DNA from: Parcubacteria group bacterium Gr01-1014_31
Lineage (GTDB): Bacteria; Patescibacteriota; Patescibacteriia; Buchananbacterales; GWA2-38-13
Direction of reading: 5' to 3'
Length of the DNA stretch: 64,000 bases
Assembly: GCA_007376135.1 (NCBI GenBank)
Contig: VMFR01000002.1
Coordinates: 221,870 to 285,869 of the forward strand
Part shown: positions 26,736-35,185 of the stretch, one piece after another
Layout of the letters: each line of letters begins with the position of its first letter
Position numbering within the stretch: the stretch's first letter is position 1
Notes under the pieces: generated by a model
Databases searched by the model: none
What the model saw: the letters and a program-made list of their open reading frames with translations, nothing else
What the model was told of the DNA's origin: nothing
Made by a program: the position numbers and the translations under genes

Positions 26736-29090
26736 TTACCGGACCTCGTCGCCCATTGGATAGTAGTCCAGGTGCACGCGGCTGACATTGACGACGTGCG
26801 ACCGCGGCAGCGACAGTGCATCGTAGGCCGCCGGATCGGCGATGCGGCGCTTCACACCATTGTCCAGCAGATAGACGTCCGTTTCGCCGTCAACCTTCAC
26901 CAGCCGGACCTGGGGGTAGCTTTCCATGTCGATCTCGTTGATGACGACGACATTGCCCCAGTAGTTGCCCGGGTAGGAAACGAACACCGTAGGCGAAGGG
27001 AGGCCCAACTTTAGCCAGCGTTCCTGCGGGCGCTTGTAGAGGTAGTGGATCTGCGGGTCCGCGGGAGTTCGCACCAGCCGCGCGTCCGGGTAGCGGTCCA
27101 GCGTCGCCTGCGACACCTCGCGGACGTCGGGCCATTGGTAGCCGTAGGCGGCAAAGGAGGCCGGGCCGGCGATGAGGTGCTTTTGGCCGTTCAAAATGGC
27201 GTAGACGTCCGGGGTGCCTGCCACGCGCAGCAGCGCGGAAGCCTGGGTGTACAGCAGGTTGGAGCTGCCTAGCACCTGGCCACTGGACGGGTACGACGGC
27301 GCGATGGTCACGGTCGTTGGCCCAGACTTCGGCAGCCAGCGCCCGACGCCCTCGGTGTACAGCAGTTTGATCTCGCTGTCGGTCAGCGCGCGGCCAAAGA
27401 TGGTCAGCTCGTCCAGCGTGATGTCGCCGTTGACGATGCCGAACGACGCATTCTGCGTCCCGCCGACCAGGAACGCGTCGAGCAAACCGGCTGGCGTGGC
27501 CGACAGGGTCGCTGCTTCGCGCTTCAATCCGCGGTAAGCGTGGGTTTGGGCCGGCTCGCCATTGACGTACACTTTGCCGGCGCCCCCGTCGAAATCCCAC
27601 GAGACGGTCATGAACATCCACTGGCCGGCGGCTGGCGCTGCATTTTGTACGAAGTAGCGATAGTCCACGTCGTCGGCATCTTCCAGGCCGAAGTAGAGCT
27701 TGTTCTTCTCATTGAGGTAGACGTTGGCGATGCCCTTGGCGCCGGTTTTGCCGATGGTCAGGTATTTATCGTTGACCTGTTGGTAGGCGGCGTTATTGGT
27801 GAACAGTTGATGGTGGATGTCGTCGCTGTTGTCCCAGTTGGGTTTGAACCAGAACGCAATGGTGCCCGCGGACGGGTTGGCGTTGTCGCGCCCGTCGTAC
27901 TGCACGCGCGTTACGTCCGTCAGGGTCACACCTTCACTGCGGCGGCCGCCAGAGTTTTCCGTCACCGACGGCACCCCCAGGGCGATGCCCAGCGGGTCGC
28001 CAAGCGAAAAGTCCCCGTGCAGCCCCTGGTCGTAGCTGGCGTAGAACATCAGGTCATGGCGCGACGTCACGCCCAGGACGCGGCCGCTATTGTCGTAGGC
28101 GGCCGGCGTGCCGGCGCGATCGCGCGTCACGAAGCTCAACGCCGTCGTTTTCGCGTTGGCGGAAAACAGGTCCTTGGATTCCACTGAGAAATAGTAGGTG
28201 GTGTTGGGCTGCAGGCCGGTGATCTGCGCGGTGTGCGTGTAGTCGCGCGGTCCGCTGATGGTGATGGTACGGCCAAGCTTGTCGGTCGGGCCCCAGCGCA
28301 CCACGCCATTGGCCAGGGTGGTCGAGCGCCAGGAAATTTCCGCGGACGTATCCGCCAGCCCCGGGTCATTCCCGGACACCGGACGGATGGCGGTCAGCTC
28401 CAGCACGGGACGGTTCGCCGCGCTGGTCGTGCGGAAGCTCAACCCCTCGGATACGGCAGTGTTGCCGCCGCTGTCCTTGGATTTGACGCGGAAGTGGTAC
28501 GTCGTCAGGGGCTTCAGTCCCGTGATGAGCATTTCATGCACGGTGACGCGGGCGCCGTCCTGTTTTTTGCTGCCGTAGTTGGAGGTCAGGCCGTACTCCA
28601 CCAGACTGTCGGTGGCCTCATCGGTGCGCCACTGGACAAGCACCTCCGTGCCGCCCTGGTAGGGAACGGCAACGTCGGTCAAACCGGGCGCGTCGCGGTC
28701 AACGGCCTTGGTCGTTTTGAAGGTCTGGTCAAAACTGGCCGTTTCCTGGCCGGGGCTCGAGGAGATGACCCGGAAGTGGTAGGTGGTCTCCCCCCTCAGG
28801 CCGTTGAGGGTGACCTGGTGGCTGGAACGCTGTTCGCCCTCGTAGCCGACGGTGGAACCGTGCGCGGACGTCAGGCCGTACTCCACGCGTCCGGTCGAGG
28901 GGATGTTGGTCGACCAGCTGATAGTCGCCGTTGAGTCCAGGGCGCTGACCCGGATGTTCGCAACAATGAGCGCCAGTTGCCCATGGACAACAAAAGGAGC
29001 TACGGCAAACAGGATTGCCGCGCTCAATGAGATAATGAAATTCGGGGTGATTCGCTCCATACCATGAACTATAGGACGTAAAAAAGGCAT
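26736..29090 (-). CDS. secreted surface protein: 3x fibronectin type III (purple-acid-phosphatase-N-like) + LamG/concanavalin-like domain + tandem C-terminal repeat domains
   Basis: repeated TxxISWxT..VEYGLT..LxxLxPxTTYHFRV units; LamG-type ...LDELTIFGRALTDSEI; two about 60-aa repeats ending YPxxRLV; N-term signal/TM. Confidence 0.7.
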   Translation of the reverse strand: MPFLRPIVHGMERITPNFIISLSAAILFAVAPFVVHGQLALIVANIRVSALDSTATISWSTNIPSTGRVEYGLTSAHGSTVGYEGEQRSSHQVTLNGLRGETTYHFRVISSSPGQETASFDQTFKTTKAVDRDAPGLTDVAVPYQGGTEVLVQWRTDEATDSLVEYGLTSNYGSKKQDGARVTVHEMLITGLKPLTTYHFRVKSKDSGGNTAVSEGLSFRTTSAANRPVLELTAIRPVSGNDPGLADTSAEISWRSTTLANGVVRWGPTDKLGRTITISGPRDYTHTAQITGLQPNTTYYFSVESKDLFSANAKTTALSFVTRDRAGTPAAYDNSGRVLGVTSRHDLMFYASYDQGLHGDFSLGDPLGIALGVPSVTENSGGRRSEGVTLTDVTRVQYDGRDNANPSAGTIAFWFKPNWDNSDDIHHQLFTNNAAYQQVNDKYLTIGKTGAKGIANVYLNEKNKLYFGLEDADDVDYRYFVQNAAPAAGQWMFMTVSWDFDGGAGKVYVNGEPAQTHAYRGLKREAATLSATPAGLLDAFLVGGTQNASFGIVNGDITLDELTIFGRALTDSEIKLLYTEGVGRWLPKSGPTTVTIAPSYPSSGQVLGSSNLLYTQASALLRVAGTPDVYAILNGQKHLIAGPASFAAYGYQWPDVREVSQATLDRYPDARLVRTPADPQIHYLYKRPQERWLKLGLPSPTVFVSYPGNYWGNVVVINEIDMESYPQVRLVKVDGETDVYLLDNGVKRRIADPAAYDALSLPRSHVVNVSRVHLDYYPMGDEVR

Positions 29091-29116
29091 AATTTAGCTT
29101 ATTTTTACGATTTTTC

Positions 29117-29145
29117 ATATTACCATAAGTCAAAAGTTTTGTCAA
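29117..29145 (-). promoter_or_regulatory. sigma70-type promoter TTGACA-17-TAATAT (minus strand) for the FN3/LamG gene
   Basis: hexamers and 17-nt spacing read directly. Confidence 0.55.
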
Positions 29146-29224
29146 TAGAAACGAAAAAAGGACTGTTTGCTCCGCGAGCATACAGCCCTTTTGCGTTACC
29201 TTCCTTTGGGTTCCCAAGTCTTCC

Positions 29225-29389
29225 CTAGCGGACGACCGGCTTTCCCTGCAGTTCTTTCGGGATGAACTTCCTGCAGATCGGGCACGGACTCCGTCCTGGG
29301 TAGCGGACGCCATGTCCGCAGCATTGGGATGAAAAGAACTGTTTGAATTGGTCAACGAGGAAGGTGAACATTCCTAGCTTTTTTTGCAT
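29225..29389 (-). CDS. small Cys-rich protein (54 aa; CCGHG...CPIC)
   Basis: own promoter TTGACA-17-TATAGT (29430-29458), SD AAGGAG, and downstream imperfect 13-bp hairpin + T6 terminator (about 29180-29215). Confidence 0.55.
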   Translation of the reverse strand: MQKKLGMFTFLVDQFKQFFSSQCCGHGVRYPGRSPCPICRKFIPKELQGKPVVR

Positions 29390-29476
29390 GGGACTCCTTC
29401 CTGCAAAAGGGCATTTTTGTTTAAAAAGCACTATACCATTTATTAAAACTTTTGTCAATGCATCCGTGGTAAATGT

Positions 29477-29505
29477 TTGTTTCGTAGCAACTGACCCCGT
29501 ATAAT
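29477..29505 (+). promoter_or_regulatory. promoter TTGTTT-17-TATAAT for 29523..29747/VanW operon
   Basis: read directly. Confidence 0.5.
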
Positions 29506-29522
29506 GGATAGGTGTTTTCCCT

Positions 29523-29747
29523 ATGACGTCTTCCAAGCCCGCAAGTATCGTTAGTGGAACGGTTGTCGAAGTCGGACCCGAGAGCGTTTCGGTCCGCGCG
29601 GAGGGCGGTGTTTGGCTGGTGCCTCGCGCCTGCCTTCCCCAGACCATGCGGGCGGGCGACCGAGTGACGCTGTGCGCGCTGGCCGCTGATGCCGCGGACC
29701 GCGAAGAGTTGGCGAAAACGCTCCTCAACACGCTGCTGTCGAGTTGA
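29523..29747 (+). CDS. small hypothetical protein (74 aa), stop overlaps TTG start of VanW gene (TTGA)
   Basis: ORF track; promoter upstream; translational coupling. Confidence 0.5.
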   Translation: MTSSKPASIVSGTVVEVGPESVSVRAEGGVWLVPRACLPQTMRAGDRVTLCALAADAADREELAKTLLNTLLSS

Positions 29748-31603
29748 ATCTTTCTGTCATGGCCAGTCCGTATTATCTGGGTGGCGCCGCGGCGGGTCGG
29801 CCGCGCCGCATATGGCGGTGGTTTTTGGTTGCCTGCGTGCTTTCCGCCAGCGGCTTAATGGTCGGCGTGCTGGGCGCGTACCAGTGGCAGTACCGCGGGC
29901 GCGTGTATCCGGGGGTGTCGGTCGCCGGTCAGGTTGCCGGCGGATTGCCGCCCGCGGAGCTGACGGCGGCGTTGGCCGCGCGGCGCGATTCCCTTTTGAC
30001 GCACGGTTTGTGGCTTGACCTGGGCGGGGAGCTGGTGAATCTGCCGCTGGAGATCACTTCATCGGACCCGGACTTGGCGCGCGTGCCGGTGCAGTATGAC
30101 CTGGCCGATGCCGTTGCCCAAGCGTATGGCGTGGGCCGCGGCGGGACGCTGTGGTCGCAGTTGGTGGAACCTTTGCGCGTGCGGTGGTTCGGTCTTGACG
30201 TGCAGATGCGTTACGATCTTGACGAAGCCGTCGCGCAGGAACTGCTGCGGTCGGTGCTGAGCAGCCGGGAAACGCCGCCGCGTCCTGCGCGGTTGAGCGT
30301 TGAGGGCGGGGTGCTGCGCGTGTTGCCTGAACAAGATGGCGTACTGTTCGACTATGCCGCCGCGACGCGGGAGGTCAAAGACCACCTTGCCCGCATGGAT
30401 TCAGCGCCGATGCCAATGCGTCTGGTTGGCGCGCCCGCGCCGTTCAAGGTGGCACAGACAGCTGATGCTTTTGCGAAGGCCCAAGCCCTGACCCAGACCA
30501 CCACGCCGACCTTGGTGTACGGATCGCGGCGTTGGGAAGTCGGCCGCGGCCTGCTGCTGCAGTGGCTGCAATTCGAAGCAGGAAAGGACGGGCGCGTGCG
30601 TCTGGGTTTCAATGCCGCGGCCGTTGCCGAGTTCCTCGCGCCGGTTTCCGCGGTCATCAACGTTACGCCTCAGGATGCCAAATTCCGGCTGGAGAACGGA
30701 CGGGTTGTAGAGTTCCAGGTCAACCGTGACGGAAAGGAAGTGGATGTTCCTTCAACGACGGCGCGACTGGTGCAGGATTATTTGGAGGCGGGTTCCTCGG
30801 TGGTGCGGCTGGCCGTTGTGGTAGCACCGGCGAAATTCGCGACTGGCGACCTCAATGACCTGGGCATTCAGGAGCTGCTTGGTGTCGGGCGGTCGAATTT
30901 CGGGGGCAGTCCCAAGAACCGGCGCATCAACATCGCGCAGGGGGTCAAGTCGCTCAACGGCATTCTCATCGCGCCCGACGAGGAGTTCTCGCTGCTCAAG
31001 GCGCTCGGTCCGGTGGATGCGGAACACGGCTACCTGCCGGAACTGGTCATCAAGGGCGACCGCACCACGCCGGAGTTCGGGGGCGGGCTGTGCCAGATCG
31101 GTACGACGACCTTCCGGGCGGCGATCCGTTCAGGGCTCCCCATTACGCAGCGGCAGAGCCACAGTTTTCGCGTGCGGTACTACGACCCGCCGGGCATGGA
31201 CGCGACCATCTACGACCCGGCGCCGGATTTCCGTTTTAAAAACGACACTGGTCGCCACATCCTTTTTCTGGCGGAGATCGACGGCGACGAGCTGGTGTTC
31301 AGTTTCTACGGCACCAAGGATGGCCGCGTGGCCGAGGTGCCCGATAAAGCGGTGATTCTCAGTACGATACCTTCCGGTCCGGTACGCTACATTGAAACCG
31401 ACGATCTTAAGCCGGGAGAAAAAAAACTGGTCGAGAAGCCCGCTCCCGGCGGCACCGCCACCTTCCACTATAAAGTGACCTACCCCGACGGCCGCGTGAT
31501 GGAGCAGGATTTCAAAAGTACGTATCGTCCGTGGGCGGAAACCTGGCTGGTGGGTAGAACACCGACGGGTACGGAGGCCGTGCTGGGAGGCAGCACGCCC
31601 TGA
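29744..31603 (+). CDS. VanW family protein with N-terminal TM anchor
   Basis: GGGLCQIGTTTFRAAIRSGL...NDTGRHILF VanW-domain signature; possible alternative ATG start at 29759. Confidence 0.8.
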   Translation: MNLSVMASPYYLGGAAAGRPRRIWRWFLVACVLSASGLMVGVLGAYQWQYRGRVYPGVSVAGQVAGGLPPAELTAALAARRDSLLTHGLWLDLGGELVNLPLEITSSDPDLARVPVQYDLADAVAQAYGVGRGGTLWSQLVEPLRVRWFGLDVQMRYDLDEAVAQELLRSVLSSRETPPRPARLSVEGGVLRVLPEQDGVLFDYAAATREVKDHLARMDSAPMPMRLVGAPAPFKVAQTADAFAKAQALTQTTTPTLVYGSRRWEVGRGLLLQWLQFEAGKDGRVRLGFNAAAVAEFLAPVSAVINVTPQDAKFRLENGRVVEFQVNRDGKEVDVPSTTARLVQDYLEAGSSVVRLAVVVAPAKFATGDLNDLGIQELLGVGRSNFGGSPKNRRINIAQGVKSLNGILIAPDEEFSLLKALGPVDAEHGYLPELVIKGDRTTPEFGGGLCQIGTTTFRAAIRSGLPITQRQSHSFRVRYYDPPGMDATIYDPAPDFRFKNDTGRHILFLAEIDGDELVFSFYGTKDGRVAEVPDKAVILSTIPSGPVRYIETDDLKPGEKKLVEKPAPGGTATFHYKVTYPDGRVMEQDFKSTYRPWAETWLVGRTPTGTEAVLGGSTP

Positions 31604-31618
31604 TGAAATCGCGGCAAA

Positions 31619-31652
31619 CAAAAACGAGCAGCGAAAGCTGCTCGTTTTTTAA
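31619..31652 (+). terminator. rho-independent terminator (ACGAGCAGC-gaaa-GCTGCTCGT + T6)
   Basis: perfect 9-bp stem. Confidence 0.8.
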
Positions 31653-32104
31653 CGCTCGGACATCACGTTGTCGGACGGGCGGAATTTCACCAGCACACCA
31701 GGAATTTCAAGTACCTGCGCTCTCACTTGAGCTACCGTCGACAACCGTTTTTTACCGGGCAAACTCTGCAGACAAGGAAGTCACCCAAAGGCGCAGTCGA
31801 GCGGGCGCCAGACATGTCCTTACGGATGACTCCCCGCTTGTCGTGCCTGCAGAATACTGGACCGTGGGTGGAAAGGGGGTGGCTCCGACGAGGTCGGAGC
31901 GAACGTGAAAAGGACACGTTGCACACCTACGGCCCAAGATTCTACAGGCACCGCATTTCCTCCTAGGCACACAAGGCGCCCGAGGGTTGTCTACAGAGTT
32001 TGCGGGGTAAAAAAATATTTGCCTTTGGCAAAGGTCGAACGTAACTGTCAACAATAGCACAGGCGGAAAACCTTGTCAAGTAGGAGAGCTAAAAAATGCA
32101 AAAA

Positions 32105-32137
32105 AACCGCTCGGGTAAGCGATTTTTTTACGGTGAA
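32105..32137 (-). terminator. terminator for DUF167 gene (CGCTTACCCGAGCG + T7 on minus strand)
   Basis: seen directly. Confidence 0.5.
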
Positions 32138-32139
32138 GG

Positions 32140-32376
32140 CTAGGGCAGGTAGACGGAAACCAGTTTTTTCCTGCCGCGAAGGCCGCGAACGATTACCACC
32201 ATGCTCTTGGGGACGTCGAGAGTCTCGGCAACCAGCGCGATGACCGCCGTGTTGGCGGCGCCTTCCACCGGCTTTGCCGCGACGCGTATCTTCCAATTGG
32301 TGCCGTCGCGCGCGACCACCTCCGAACGTTTGGCGTTGGGCGTCACCGTGACGGACAGTCGGAGAGTGTCAGGCAT
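32140..32376 (-). CDS. DUF167/YggU (UPF0235) family protein
   Basis: LRLSVTVTPNAKRSEV...KPVEGAANTAVIALVAETLDVPKSMVVIVRG..SR.K.V matches YggU; start trimmed to MPDTLRL. Confidence 0.7.
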   Translation of the reverse strand: MPDTLRLSVTVTPNAKRSEVVARDGTNWKIRVAAKPVEGAANTAVIALVAETLDVPKSMVVIVRGLRGRKKLVSVYLP

Positions 32377-32458
32377 CGGTTGACAGTGTAGCGGTAATGC
32401 GCTACGCAGGCAATGTCCTTTTGAAACCCCGCCGCCCCTTCTTTCGTCGAGGTGTTCC

Positions 32459-32767
32459 GTGAAAGAACAGTTGCTTTTCTTCGTCACGCCGTTGAATGAC
32501 GTGACCCGCTTGGGTCGGCAGCAGCCGTATGTGGCCGTCGGGATCGTCTTTGATGACCAAGCGCGTCGGCTGACCATGCTCACCGGTCACGGTACCCGTC
32601 AGGGCTTGCGGTCCCAGACTGCGGGCACGCTCATGGAACTCCTTGATTTCCTGTCCGCCGAGCTGCAGCAGGCCCACGGATTTCCGATGCCCCCGGAAGT
32701 GCGGGAAAATTTTTTCGCCACCTTCCGCGACTTCACCCGCGGTCTCGTCCCCGACGCGCCGTCCTAG
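32459..32767 (+). CDS. hypothetical protein (GTG start)
   Basis: protein-like composition vs G-rich antisense ORF; SD GAGGTG; followed by hairpin CCCCC..GGGGG + T-rich tail at about 32797-32828. Confidence 0.45.
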   Translation: MKEQLLFFVTPLNDVTRLGRQQPYVAVGIVFDDQARRLTMLTGHGTRQGLRSQTAGTLMELLDFLSAELQQAHGFPMPPEVRENFFATFRDFTRGLVPDAPS

Positions 32768-32832
32768 CCCTCCCTTCTTTCCGTCCCCTCGTTCACCGCC
32801 CCCGCCATCACGGTTGGGGGCTTGTTTTAGGG

Positions 32833-32861
32833 TTGACATTTTTCAATATATTTGGTATATA
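32833..32861 (+). promoter_or_regulatory. consensus sigma70 promoter TTGACA-17-TATATA (second TTGACA at about 32893)
   Basis: read directly; 90 nt upstream of the 577-aa gene. Confidence 0.65.
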
Positions 32862-32953
32862 CAATTGCTGCGATTCCGCGTTCTCGGACCGCAGTGCCCT
32901 TTGACAATCAATGGTTGGTTGTCGCAAAAGTCAAAACATAAGGAGTACATGAA

Positions 32954-34687
32954 TTGGGAAAACATGAATACGAACCTGCAGTCGACGTGAAGCGTTTGCT
33001 CAGCGGCGTCGACGACCGCAGACGGGAAAAGTTGTGCAATCGGCTCTTCCGGTATGTTCAGGACAGTCGGAGCACGGCTGACCTCGAGGGTTGCGCGGTA
33101 GGCGTCGTTGAACCCTTTGAGCGGGCGTACTGGAACGATTTTTCACGTTCGGTCTTGGAAAACACTTCCCACATCATTGCACAAAATGGGGGGAAAGTAA
33201 TTGAACTTTCTCCTCCGCCATTGTCGCGGCCAGAAGCAGTTGAGACTGAGCGACGGTTGCGGGAGCGAATTTTCGGAATGGCGAAGCCGATTCTCCACCG
33301 AATTTATGATGACCTGTATGCGCGTAAGCGTTTAGAGGTTTTCCTCCGTTCCACCTACCTCGACATGGAGTCGCCCAGTTTCGAAGCCAAAGCATTGCTC
33401 GGAAACTCCGAGCGAATGCTGACCTATCTCAGGGGAGGGTTTCCAGCGGAAGAAATTCGGAAAGCCGCCCGGCATACGTTTATCCTGGAGTTCTACCGCT
33501 ACACCGGGCTCACGCTGGAGCGATCGTTGGGGCTTGCTCTCTTTTTGCTCGGACAATTCGAGATGCTTTCTCGTCAGCTCGTCGGCGTGAATTCTCCCCC
33601 GGATGCCCACTCCCGTGCTTCCATTCCCTGGCGGATTCTTCTCGGGAGTCTGGGGAGTCCGGCAGATCAGCGCGCTCCCCAGCGAGAGTGGTTCTCTCGG
33701 CTTCTCCATTCGGTGGAAGGGAATCCTGTGGTTGAGGAAGTTATCGACTCGATCTACAACCTCGCAACGTGTTCTCCTGACGGAGAAACGGTGGTGACCC
33801 ACAGTCAACCAGAGATGACACAACAACACTCGGCCGAGCAACTTGAGAAGCTGGTTGACGCGGAGTACCACGACAGCGAAGTTCTGCAGTGCAACACCCC
33901 AATTTTCCTCACCTCCGAAGAAGAGGCGATTTTTGCCCGTCTACGGCAATCCGGCCGGGCAGAATTCGAGCGGAATTTCGAGCAGGGTCGTGCCGCCCTG
34001 AGTTGGTTCTCCGCGCACGATGAGTTTCGGGGGGAACTTGAGTGGAAGCGGCGGGAGATCGTCGAGCGGCAGCATGGAAGCCGCCCCGGCATCCGGTTTC
34101 TCCGGGATAACGGTGTTGACCATTTCGAGGTCGATGTGCAGCCGTTGTGGCACATCGGGGTGCGATCCGTCGCCTTTCATCCGGAGGGGCGCGTGTTTCA
34201 CGATCCAGCGTTGCGGATCGCAATACGCAAAGAAACCCCTCACCTCATCGTCTTCCCGGCTTGCTTGGAGAATCTCCGTTTGGAGTTGGTCGATGTTCAT
34301 ATGCTGTATAACCTACAGTACGATGATTTGGACCAGCTGCGGCGTTTCCTGGAGTTTGTGATCATCAACATGATGCACCGCATCATGGTCCAGAGAGTGG
34401 AACTCCGATCCCGAGTCGTCAACGGTGTAGTGGTGCCACGCCCCACGGAGGTACGGAGGTTCGAAGTTGCGAGCCATACCCGAGGCCTACCGTCCGGTTC
34501 TCAGGCGAGTGAAGAAGCCAAGGCGTTGGCGTTCACGGAGAAGGGTATCATCCTCAATTCGGGGGAGACGTACGTTTCCGCTTACCCCAAGGGGGGTAAA
34601 GATGGGTCCGAGTTGGTCTACGACTGGCCGATCGAGCCGTGGGCGGTCTACACTGAGGATGATCTCTACGAAGATGGAGGTGGCTAA
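32954..34687 (+). CDS. hypothetical protein (577 aa), no recognisable domain; first gene of candidate system
   Basis: TTG start 8 nt after SD AAGGAG; mixed composition throughout; acidic C-terminus. Confidence 0.6.
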   Translation: MGKHEYEPAVDVKRLLSGVDDRRREKLCNRLFRYVQDSRSTADLEGCAVGVVEPFERAYWNDFSRSVLENTSHIIAQNGGKVIELSPPPLSRPEAVETERRLRERIFGMAKPILHRIYDDLYARKRLEVFLRSTYLDMESPSFEAKALLGNSERMLTYLRGGFPAEEIRKAARHTFILEFYRYTGLTLERSLGLALFLLGQFEMLSRQLVGVNSPPDAHSRASIPWRILLGSLGSPADQRAPQREWFSRLLHSVEGNPVVEEVIDSIYNLATCSPDGETVVTHSQPEMTQQHSAEQLEKLVDAEYHDSEVLQCNTPIFLTSEEEAIFARLRQSGRAEFERNFEQGRAALSWFSAHDEFRGELEWKRREIVERQHGSRPGIRFLRDNGVDHFEVDVQPLWHIGVRSVAFHPEGRVFHDPALRIAIRKETPHLIVFPACLENLRLELVDVHMLYNLQYDDLDQLRRFLEFVIINMMHRIMVQRVELRSRVVNGVVVPRPTEVRRFEVASHTRGLPSGSQASEEAKALAFTEKGIILNSGETYVSAYPKGGKDGSELVYDWPIEPWAVYTEDDLYEDGGG

Positions 34688-35067
34688 TGGAATTTGACCA
34701 CTTCGATCTTCGCGAGCTCTACCGGGAGTGGCGTGAACAACGGCCAACATTGACGAGCCGGCTGCAAAGGAGTTTTCCTGCATGGGTTTTCGAGGTGCGT
34801 TCTCAGTACCGCGAGCTCGCCCGCGCGCATCCGTCGCTTTTCCACGCCGCCTGCCATCAAGCCGAGGAAGCGGAAAGAGGCGTCGCTACACCCCCTGACC
34901 ACGGTATCCGTCAGGCTGTCCTGCAACGCCACGCTGTTGAGCTTGCACAGTGTTGGCTGCTGGCGCGCGATCAATACCCCACGTTTGGTGCATTTCTCGA
35001 GCGGGTGCTCCAGGAATGCCAAACCGAGCGCGCGCTGCAGCGATGGCTCAAGCACCTTCCGAGGTAA
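34687..35067 (+). CDS. hypothetical protein (126 aa), translationally coupled (TAATG) to upstream gene
   Basis: ORF track; start overlaps stop. Confidence 0.55.
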   Translation: MEFDHFDLRELYREWREQRPTLTSRLQRSFPAWVFEVRSQYRELARAHPSLFHAACHQAEEAERGVATPPDHGIRQAVLQRHAVELAQCWLLARDQYPTFGAFLERVLQECQTERALQRWLKHLPR

Positions 35068-35098
35068 GTCGGTCCAGAGATTGGGCCGACTTTTTTTA
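35067..35098 (+). terminator. stem-loop AGTCGG..CCGACT + T7
   Basis: seen directly after stop of 126-aa gene. Confidence 0.6.
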
Positions 35099-35185
35099 TT
35101 GACATACAGCGATTTTTATGGTAGAGATGGTTTCTTGTTTCTTTGATAACTGAATAATTGGCCCTTTAGTTTATGGAGGAAAGTC

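Noticed and set aside
31652-32105. RNase P RNA or tmRNA in the ORF-poor gap
   Set aside because: GGAAAGGGGGTGGCTCC superficially resembles the RNase P P4 5' strand, but no complementary 3' strand (ACAGAAcCCGGCUUA) or GGGUGAAA module was found. No tRNA-like CCA 3' end (GGTTCGAnTCC) or tag-peptide reading frame for tmRNA was found.
32402-32839. 145-aa minus ORF (Gly-rich) overlapping the 32459..32767 plus ORF
   Set aside because: GGGGERGDGKKGG low-complexity translation; the plus ORF is protein-like with SD and a downstream terminator.
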